NCBI GenBank assembly: GCA_030765265.1
Contig: JAVCCZ010000040.1
Location: 1-59,606, forward strand
Direction of reading: 5' to 3'
Length of the DNA stretch: 59,606 bases
Origin: Candidatus Erginobacter occultus
GTDB taxonomy: Bacteria > Auribacterota > Erginobacteria > Erginobacterales > Erginobacteraceae
Shown here: piece after piece, positions 17,259 through 24,372 of the stretch
How positions within the stretch are numbered: the stretch's first letter is position 1
How the letters are laid out: every line of letters starts with the position of its first letter
Made by a program: the position numbers and the translations under genes
Notes under the pieces: model-generated
What the model saw: the letters and a program-made list of their open reading frames with translations, nothing else
The model's database searches: none
Told to the model about the DNA's origin: nothing

Positions 17259-18293
17259 TCACATCCCGCCCCCGGCGGTCACGTTAATTTCCGAAACCTG
17301 GAAGCCCTCGATCTCCGGGTTGTCGTAGGGCTGGAAGACCAGCTCCTCCCCCCGGACGCTGAAAACCGGCTGGGCGAGGATCGCCTCCAGGTCGTAGGTG
17401 CCGGGCGGGAGGGCGGCGGGGATTGCCACCGGGAACGGTCCGACCTTGGCCAGCCGGCCCGGACGCCAGCGGCTGGTCGGGGTGGGAGGGTCGATCCGGC
17501 CGAGCGGGAAGAGGGTTTCTCCTTGGCGGAGCCGGAGCAGGAGGGTATTGTCGCCCGAGAGCTGACGGTTAACCAGGAAATAAAAGACCGCCTCCACCTC
17601 TTCCCCCGGCCGGACCGACGAGGGAAACTGCAGCCCCATAAACTTGACCAGCCCGGCGGGGGGGCGGGGAAGACCGGGGGCGGGGAAGGAGAAATCGATC
17701 AGGTAGAGGTCGGTGGCGGTGGCCGGCTCCCAGAGGAAGAGATTGAGATAACCGACCCGGCTCAGGTCGAGCCGGGAAGCGATGTCCCGGACCGGCACCG
17801 TGACCGCCGTCCGGGTCCGGGCCGGGATCTCCTGGTCCCGCTGGAAGCTGTGCCCGGAGGTATCCTTGACCTTGATCTTGAGGTTGACCGTCCAGGTCTG
17901 GGGGTTATAGACCGAGAAGGAGAGACTCTCCGCCCCCCGCCAGTCCATCACCCCCATCGTCTCGTCGGTCAGAAGCAGGCCGGGTGAGCCGGAAGGCCGG
18001 TAGGTGACCCGGACCCAGGTTTCATCCGTCCCCCAGAGCGCGGGGACCGCCTCCAAACTGGCCCCCGAAGTCTTCCAGACCTCCAGGTCCCCCGGATCGG
18101 CGAAGGAGAAGCTGACACCCGCCATCTCCCGGGGTTTGAAGACCGAGACCAGGGCCTGGGGTTCCCGCTTCAGCCGGCGGAAAAAACCGGGGATATTTCC
18201 CAGCCGTTCCCGGAAGAAAAGGAGAAGAACGACGACGATCAGGAACCCCCAGAGCAGGTGGAGTGAGAGCCGGAATAAACTTTTTCTTTCCAT
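17259..18293 (-). CDS. membrane-anchored protein carrying a third copy of the same domain
   Basis: N-terminal TM segment LHLLWGFLIVVVLLLFF. The C-terminus reads PTSRWRPG...GPFPVAIP...PPGTYDLEAIL...PYDNPEIEGFQVSEINV. Confidence 0.65.
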   Translation of the reverse strand: MERKSLFRLSLHLLWGFLIVVVLLLFFRERLGNIPGFFRRLKREPQALVSVFKPREMAGVSFSFADPGDLEVWKTSGASLEAVPALWGTDETWVRVTYRPSGSPGLLLTDETMGVMDWRGAESLSFSVYNPQTWTVNLKIKVKDTSGHSFQRDQEIPARTRTAVTVPVRDIASRLDLSRVGYLNLFLWEPATATDLYLIDFSFPAPGLPRPPAGLVKFMGLQFPSSVRPGEEVEAVFYFLVNRQLSGDNTLLLRLRQGETLFPLGRIDPPTPTSRWRPGRLAKVGPFPVAIPAALPPGTYDLEAILAQPVFSVRGEELVFQPYDNPEIEGFQVSEINVTAGGGM

Positions 18294-18574
18294 CTCCAGA
18301 CCAATAATGTTATGCTTTTAAACTGAAATAAACGGTGGTTGCCCCTTTGCCGACTCTGGCGGGATAACAGGCAACCGGAAGATAGCAAATTACCCCGTGA
18401 TTGTCAAATCGCCCCTCGCGTGCAGTCGGTGAGAAAAGTTCTCTTTACAAGATACTCCGCTATGGGATACATTGCATTCTCGAAGATGACATCAGGCAGC
18501 GGACCGGGGAGTTCAATCCCGCTCCCTTCCGCTACTTTATAATTATTATTGGGGTATCGGGGAGGCTTCAGGCA

Positions 18575-19402
18575 ATGCTCAAGACATCTGTCGGAATCAT
18601 CACTTCCATATTTCTGCTCGCCGGGATCTTTTCCCCCGCCCGGCTGGGCGCCCAATCCGCGGAAAAGGCCGATCGCACGGGGCTGGAGAGCGTCTGGAAG
18701 AAGTCGGGGCGGACGACCGGGGTGATTGATTACCCTTACAGCCCCCAGCCGGGAATTTACGGGGGGAAGACCGTCCGGGAGTGGGGAAACCGGGGCTATA
18801 TCTTCATCAACCCGCGGGCCGATGAGTTTATCCGCCGCCGGCCGTCCCCCAAGATCGACCGGGAAGAGGTCGTCCTGGAAACCGAGGACTGCCGGGAAGT
18901 CCGCGAGGGACTGCTCAACGAGGTCGCCGCCAACGAACAGCTCCGCCGGGAACGAGACCGGCTGTCGGAAGAACTCCAGACGGCGGAGCAGATCGCCGAG
19001 GACCGGGGGCTGATGATCGAGGCCCTGGAATTCCAGATCGAGGAACTGGAACCCGCTTCCGTCCCCGCCGGCGCCTGGACCGAACCCCGGACTGCCGACC
19101 GCGGCCCGGATGCGCCGGGATCGTCGGTCGAGCAGGTCGGCACTTATATGGTCAGGGAGGGCGACAGTCTCTGGAAGATCGCCGGCCTGCCCGGGATCTA
19201 CAACGATCCCTATCGCTGGCTCCTCCTCTATCACGCCAACCGGGACCAGATCTTCCTCCCCGATTTGATCTACCCGGGGATGGTCCTCCTGGTCCCCCGT
19301 TACCGGGAACTGGAGGAAAAGACAACCCCGCTCCCGGATGTTGAGCCGGGCGCGGAAGAAGCCGAAGCATTGGAAGTCACCCCCGATTACGAGGAAGAAT
19401 AA
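18575..19402 (+). CDS. secreted coiled-coil protein with a C-terminal LysM peptidoglycan-binding domain
   Basis: The start is moved to the ATG at 18575 (GGGGAGG upstream). Signal peptide MLKTSVGIITSIFLLAGIFSPARLGAQS. LysM: YMVREGDSLWKIAG...YPGMVLLVP. Its TAA stop abuts the next ATG. Confidence 0.75.
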   Translation: MLKTSVGIITSIFLLAGIFSPARLGAQSAEKADRTGLESVWKKSGRTTGVIDYPYSPQPGIYGGKTVREWGNRGYIFINPRADEFIRRRPSPKIDREEVVLETEDCREVREGLLNEVAANEQLRRERDRLSEELQTAEQIAEDRGLMIEALEFQIEELEPASVPAGAWTEPRTADRGPDAPGSSVEQVGTYMVREGDSLWKIAGLPGIYNDPYRWLLLYHANRDQIFLPDLIYPGMVLLVPRYRELEEKTTPLPDVEPGAEEAEALEVTPDYEEE

Positions 19403-21481
19403 ATGGCGCGGATCAAGCTATTCAGCCGGGTAGTTCGGATCGCGGTCGTCCCGGCGGTTCTCTTCTGCCTCCCGGTCATTTCCGCCCGCTCCCAGACCGG
19501 ATCCTACGGGAGAGAGTACGCCGTCAGCCTGGAGAACTCGCTGCAATCCAAGCTCGACAACCTGATCGGGCCCCGCCGGAGCATCGTCAGCGTCGAGGTC
19601 ACCGTCTCCGACCCCTTTGCCCGCCGGGACGAAGACGCCGCCCGGGTGCTGGAAAGGCTGCCGGGGATCCGGATCCGGCAACCCGACCCCGGCGCGGAGA
19701 TGATGACCAGCCCCATCTCCAGCATCCATATCGCGGTCGAAGTCGATGAAGGCCTTCCCCCGGAGGATATCGGGACCGCGGAAGAGCCGGGAAGGATCCA
19801 GGAAGCCGTGGCCCGCTGGGCCCGGCTCAACCGGACCCGGGGCGATACCCTCCAGATCATCCCCCGACCGGCCGGATATTTCGCCCCCCCGCCCGAAGAT
19901 AAGCAGAGCTATATCCTCTATTCCCTCCTCGCCCTGATCGCCCTTTTGATCCTGATCGCCGCCATCTACTTCCCGATGCGGAAGGCGAAGGGAGGGGGAG
20001 GAGGCAGCGGCGAGGGCGGGGTGGTAGTCGGAGGGATGAAACTTTCCGAGGAAGAACGCAAACAGCGGCGGGCCGAGCTGGAAGAACTGAAGAAAGCCCT
20101 CTCCGGGATCTCCAGCGACACCCGGGAAGCCACCCTCTCCGGGATCAAGGAACTGATGGAACTCCAGGTCGGGGGGGGCGGCGGCGGCGGGCGGGTCGAT
20201 GTCGGCATCCTCGAAGAAATCCGCGACCTTTTGAGCAGCCCCGCCCAGGAATCGGACGCGCTGCTGACCGAGATGAGGGATACCCTCTCCGATCTCCTCG
20301 ACGAGCAGCGGAGACGCGGAGGGGGCGGAGGAGCCGCGCCCGGCGCCCCGGCGGCGGCCCCGGGAACGGCCCCGGCGGCCGCTGCCGCTTCGGCGGGGGA
20401 AGGAGGTTTCGGCGGTGGCGGCGGCGGTGGACAGGTCATCCAGGTTCTGGGCAACCTGGAGGAACTGATGACCCAGCAGCTGGAGCGGGCCCCCAGCCTG
20501 GTCGACCAGCCCTTTAAATACATCAAGTCAACCGACCCGGAGGATATCATCCTTCTGATCAAGGACGAGGAGCCGAAACTGGCGGCGGCCGTCCTCTCCC
20601 AGCTCGACCCCCAGACCTCGGCCTCGGTCTTCGAGGCGCTCGACGAGGAAAAACAGTTCGAGATGGCCCGGGCGATGACCCAGTTGACCGAGGAAGAGGA
20701 TATGGCCGACGAGATCAAGGACTTCCTGGAGCGGAAGCTGAAGATCGTCCGCCTGCGGAAGGACTACCAGCCGGTGACCGGGGTCCGGGTCCTGGCGGAT
20801 ATGCTCTCCTCCAGCCGCTACGCGATGGCCAAGGTTTTGCTGGAGAAGATGGAAGGGAAGAACCCGGCGATGGCCGCCGACGTCCGCAAAAGGATGTTCC
20901 TCTTCGAGGACATCAAGACCCTGGAAGATAAGGACGTGGAGACCCTGATCCACAACCTGAACATCGAGGTCCTGGCCGCCTCTTTGGTTGACGTCCCCGA
21001 AGACGTCAGCTCGAAGTTCTTGAAGAATATGACCGAGAAGGGCCGCGCCCGGCTGGAAGAGGATATGGAGGCGGTCAAGAAGGTCCAGATCGAGGAAGAG
21101 GGGCAAGAACTTCCCTTCAACGAGGCGATGCTGGCCGTCGACCAGTCGATTATCGACGAGATCTTCCGGACCATTGACCGGACCACCTTGAAGATGGCGC
21201 TGCGGGGGGGCTCGGAAGAGGTCCAGTCGAAGTTCTTCAGCGGGTTGACCGAGCGGGCGGCGGCGATGCTCAAGGAAGACCTGACGGTGATGGGAGGTAT
21301 CCCCCACTCCCGGGCGGTGGAGGCCCAGGAAGAGATTATGGAGGTGCTGCGGAAACTCTCCAGCAAGACCCTCTCCGCCCAGCACGAGATCATCGCCGTC
21401 ATCCGCAAGCTCTCTCACGACGGCCTGATCACCGTCCCCCACTTCCAGGACGAGGCCGGAAAAGAATCCGAGGAAAAATGA
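19403..21481 (+). CDS. membrane-anchored FliG-domain protein (FliF/YscJ-like periplasmic module, TM helix, Gly-rich linkers, FliG middle and C-terminal domains)
   Basis: Residues ~370-450, FKYIKSTDPEDIILLIKDEEPKLAAAVLSQLDP..., parallel E. coli FliG ..LIRDEHPQIIATIL... MFLFEDI is at 498-504. IDRTTLKMALRGGSEEVQSKFFSGLTERAAAMLKEDL...AQEEIMEVLRKL parallels the FliG C domain. The second TM helix is at ~169-192. Confidence 0.75.
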   Translation: MARIKLFSRVVRIAVVPAVLFCLPVISARSQTGSYGREYAVSLENSLQSKLDNLIGPRRSIVSVEVTVSDPFARRDEDAARVLERLPGIRIRQPDPGAEMMTSPISSIHIAVEVDEGLPPEDIGTAEEPGRIQEAVARWARLNRTRGDTLQIIPRPAGYFAPPPEDKQSYILYSLLALIALLILIAAIYFPMRKAKGGGGGSGEGGVVVGGMKLSEEERKQRRAELEELKKALSGISSDTREATLSGIKELMELQVGGGGGGGRVDVGILEEIRDLLSSPAQESDALLTEMRDTLSDLLDEQRRRGGGGGAAPGAPAAAPGTAPAAAAASAGEGGFGGGGGGGQVIQVLGNLEELMTQQLERAPSLVDQPFKYIKSTDPEDIILLIKDEEPKLAAAVLSQLDPQTSASVFEALDEEKQFEMARAMTQLTEEEDMADEIKDFLERKLKIVRLRKDYQPVTGVRVLADMLSSSRYAMAKVLLEKMEGKNPAMAADVRKRMFLFEDIKTLEDKDVETLIHNLNIEVLAASLVDVPEDVSSKFLKNMTEKGRARLEEDMEAVKKVQIEEEGQELPFNEAMLAVDQSIIDEIFRTIDRTTLKMALRGGSEEVQSKFFSGLTERAAAMLKEDLTVMGGIPHSRAVEAQEEIMEVLRKLSSKTLSAQHEIIAVIRKLSHDGLITVPHFQDEAGKESEEK

Positions 21482-21678
21482 TCAAGTTAACCAGGCTCAA
21501 CGGGCAGGAACTGGTCATCAACGCCGAGATGATCGAGCGGATGGAGGCCAAACCGGACACGATCATTACCCTGACCACCGGGGAACAGTATATCGTTCAG
21601 GATTCAGTCGATCAGATTATCGCCAAGGTTACCCATTACAAGCAGGAGATCAACCTCCCGCAAAAGAACCAACCATAG
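21478..21678 (+). CDS. flbD: FlbD family protein
   Basis: MIKLTRLNGQELVINAEMIERMEAKPDTIITLTTGEQYIVQDS matches the FlbD signature. 4-nt overlap with the upstream gene. Confidence 0.8.
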   Translation: MIKLTRLNGQELVINAEMIERMEAKPDTIITLTTGEQYIVQDSVDQIIAKVTHYKQEINLPQKNQP

Positions 21679-21689
21679 GGTAAAGCACT

Positions 21690-22442
21690 ATGCGCCTCAG
21701 TACCATCCTCGGCTTCATCGTTGGAATAACGGTTATTTTTCTTTCCATCTATCTCCGCGGCCCGGAGATGCTCCCTTACTTTCTCAACCCACCCTCGTTC
21801 GTGATCGTCTTCGGGGGGACGGCGGCCGCGGTGATGATCAACTTCAGTTTCTACCAAATCGTCAGCGGCCTCAAGGCCTTCCGTTTCACTATGGTCGGGA
21901 AGGTGATGGACCCGGAAGCGGTGATCAACCTGATCGTGGAGATGGCGGTCAAGGCGAGGAAGGAAGGCTTTATGTCGATCCGGGATCTCTCGACCAAGGG
22001 CCGCTATCCCCTGCTCGACATCGGGGTCGACCTGGTGGCCGACGGGACCGACCCGGGGATCACCCGGGGGATTATGGAGACGGTCTCCGACTACCTGCAT
22101 ATGAAGATCGGCGCCGACGAGCGGCTCTGGCGGGATGTCGGGGTCTACGCCCCGCTTTACGGGATGGTCGGGACCCTGATCGGGCTGATTATGCTCCTGC
22201 GGACCCTGACCGATCCCCAGACCATCGCCCCGAATATGTCGGTCGCCCTGATGACCACCTTCTACGGGATTCTCTTCGCCGGGATGATCTGTATGCCGGT
22301 GGCGGGGAAGATCCGGGTCTATAATACCAATATGGCCCTGTCCCGGGAGATCATCATCGAGGGGATCGCCTCGATCCAGGCCGGCGACAACTCTCAGATC
22401 GTCCGGGAGAAGCTCCGCGCCTACCTGGCCGGCCGGCAGTAA
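21690..22442 (+). CDS. motA: MotA/PomA-type stator channel protein
   Basis: Four-TM layout. APLYGMVGTLIGLI and ALMTTFYGILFAGMICMPVAGKI carry the two conserved prolines of MotA. Confidence 0.88.
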   Translation: MRLSTILGFIVGITVIFLSIYLRGPEMLPYFLNPPSFVIVFGGTAAAVMINFSFYQIVSGLKAFRFTMVGKVMDPEAVINLIVEMAVKARKEGFMSIRDLSTKGRYPLLDIGVDLVADGTDPGITRGIMETVSDYLHMKIGADERLWRDVGVYAPLYGMVGTLIGLIMLLRTLTDPQTIAPNMSVALMTTFYGILFAGMICMPVAGKIRVYNTNMALSREIIIEGIASIQAGDNSQIVREKLRAYLAGRQ

Positions 22443-22497
22443 TTCCGGCGGGCGGCCCCGTTTGGTCCGGGAAACCTTTCCCGGGAGGAGAAACACT

Positions 22498-23313
22498 ATG
22501 GCCGACGATACCGAACTCACCCCCCAGGTCGAACACGAGCGGTTCGCCATTGATTCCGGGAGCGAGGGCATCGGACGCGACTGGCCCCCGGATTGGATGG
22601 TCACTTACTCCGATATGACCACCATCCTGATGACCTTCTTCGTCCTCTGGTATTCCCTGACCGTGGCCGGGATCGACGAGGACCTGCTGAAGATGCGGGA
22701 ACAGGATGACGCCGATATCGTCCGGGGGATGGCCGAAGAGAGCCAGATGGATTTCGTCACCGAGGAGGAGTACCGGATCCTGACCCAGTTCCAGCTCCTC
22801 CCCCGCGAGCAGCAGGAGACCGTCCTCTCCGAGTTGGGGACCCTGCGGCTGAAGGCGGAAGAGGTGATGGAGTTTGTCCGGATGGGGAGGATGGAGGGCG
22901 ACGTCGAGCTTAAGGTGACGGCGGAGGATATCGTGATCATCCCCACCGCGCCGCTGGTCTTCCGGGAAGGCCGGGCGGAAATCCGGGAGACTTTCTACCC
23001 CATACTCGACAAGATCGCCTGGCTGATCGAGGAGACCGGGGCCTCGGTCCGGATCGAGGGGCATACCGACTCGACCCCGATCCACCCCCGACACCGGCAG
23101 AGGTTTCCCAGCAACTGGGAACTCTCCGCCACCCGGGCGATCGCGGTCGCCAATTATTTCATCGACCGGGGCGATATCCCCCCTGAACAGATATCGGCCG
23201 CCGCCTACGGCCCTTCCCGGCCCAAGTATCCCGACGACGATCCCGAGCTGAGGGGGCGCAACCGCCGGGTTGAATTCCATATCTACCTTGGATCCGAGAC
23301 GGCCGGGAGTTGA
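22498..23313 (+). CDS. motB: MotB-type stator protein (OmpA-like peptidoglycan-binding C-terminus), paralogue 1
   Basis: DWMVTYSDMTTILMTFFVLWY (TM helix with the conserved Asp). EGHTDSTP...SNWELSATRA...NRRVEF (OmpA-like). The start is set at the ATG at 22498, after GGAGGAG. Confidence 0.85.
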   Translation: MADDTELTPQVEHERFAIDSGSEGIGRDWPPDWMVTYSDMTTILMTFFVLWYSLTVAGIDEDLLKMREQDDADIVRGMAEESQMDFVTEEEYRILTQFQLLPREQQETVLSELGTLRLKAEEVMEFVRMGRMEGDVELKVTAEDIVIIPTAPLVFREGRAEIRETFYPILDKIAWLIEETGASVRIEGHTDSTPIHPRHRQRFPSNWELSATRAIAVANYFIDRGDIPPEQISAAAYGPSRPKYPDDDPELRGRNRRVEFHIYLGSETAGS

Positions 23314-23332
23314 ACCCGGCCGAACCCCGATT

Positions 23333-24157
23333 ATGCCTCACAGGAGAGCGAAAACCGACCCGGATAGCGGATCCTCCGACTGGCCGCCGGAGTGGATGAC
23401 CACCTACTCCGATATGGCCACCTTGATGATGACTTTCTTCATCATCCTCTCCACGATGCTGGCCTTGAAGATCCCGGTGACCTGGATCGCCGGGGACCGG
23501 ATGATCCAGTTGAGCGACCGGAGAATCGAGGACGCGATCGACGTCGAGCTGAGCCGGGAGGAGCAGGAACTCCTGGAGAGAATCCGGGATCTGCGGGAAC
23601 AGCAGATGCGGGAGCTGGCCAAGATCGACGAGATGCGGCGGATGGCCAAGGAGATCCAGCAGTACATCATCGACGCCAACTTAAGCCGCTTTGTCCGGGT
23701 CGACGTCAGTAAGTGGAAGCTGAAGATCGTCCCCCTCGCCCCCTTCCTCTTCCGCCCCGCCTCCGCCGACCTGAGGCCGGAGGGGAAGGTGTTCCTCGAC
23801 CTGCTGGCCCGGGTCTTTCTTCACGGCCCGGACGCCGAGGTCCGGATCGGGGGGCATACCGACGACATCCCGATCAACACCCCCCGCTACCCTTCCAACT
23901 GGGAGTTGAGCTGCGCCCGGGCGACCTCGGTGATGCGCTACCTGATCGACGAACACGGGGTCGAGCCCGCCATCCTCAGCGCAATCGGCTACGGCCCCCA
24001 CCAGCCGGCGGCGTCCAACGAGACCCCCGAAGGAAGGGCGATGAACCGGCGGGTGGAAATCGAGATCGTTCAGCGCCCGGGAGATTCCCTGGGATCGCTG
24101 TCCGCCGCCGCCGGCTCCGAACCCGCGGAATCGGCCCTGAACGCGGGCCGGGATTGA
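23333..24157 (+). CDS. MotB-type stator protein, paralogue 2
   Basis: EWMTTYSDMATLMMTFFIIL and GGHTDDIPI...SNWELSCARA...NRRVEIEI. The start is uncertain: ATG at 23333, or TTG at 23270 overlapping paralogue 1. Confidence 0.8.
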   Translation: MPHRRAKTDPDSGSSDWPPEWMTTYSDMATLMMTFFIILSTMLALKIPVTWIAGDRMIQLSDRRIEDAIDVELSREEQELLERIRDLREQQMRELAKIDEMRRMAKEIQQYIIDANLSRFVRVDVSKWKLKIVPLAPFLFRPASADLRPEGKVFLDLLARVFLHGPDAEVRIGGHTDDIPINTPRYPSNWELSCARATSVMRYLIDEHGVEPAILSAIGYGPHQPAASNETPEGRAMNRRVEIEIVQRPGDSLGSLSAAAGSEPAESALNAGRD

Positions 24158-24372
24158 GTGATCTCGTTCTGTTCCCGGTAGACCCTGGCCATCTTTTTAA
24201 TCCCCCGGCCCAGGACCAGGCCGAGCAGAATCCCCACCGCCGCTCCCAGGATTAAAACCGCCGCGATCCTTCCCCGGGAGAGCCGGGGGATCTTTTCCTC
24301 GGCCCGACCGCCGGCCACCCGGGTCTTGACCCGGATCTTCCGTTTTTCTTCAACTGGTGGCAATTCGTTCAT
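24070..24372 (-). CDS. possible small single-TM protein
   Basis: MNELPPVEEKRKIRVK...IAAVLILGAAVGILLGLVLG. Its 3' end overlaps motB2 convergently by 88 nt, and it has no recognisable family. Confidence 0.3.
   Translation of the reverse strand: MNELPPVEEKRKIRVKTRVAGGRAEEKIPRLSRGRIAAVLILGAAVGILLGLVLGRGIKKMARVYREQNEITQSRPAFRADSAGSEPAAADSDPRESPGR

Noticed and set aside
15687-19402. PEP-CTERM sorting signals on the secreted proteins next to the exosortase
   Set aside because: The C-termini (..VGTITVE, ..NVTAGGGM, ..TPDYEEE) lack the PEP motif, TM helix and basic tail.
19966-21442. Minus-strand ORFs (19966-20718, 20528-21442, 20818-21408) inside the FliG-domain gene
   Set aside because: They are antisense shadows of a gene with strong FliG motifs. 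Their translations are Ser/Pro/Arg-rich with no recognisable domains.
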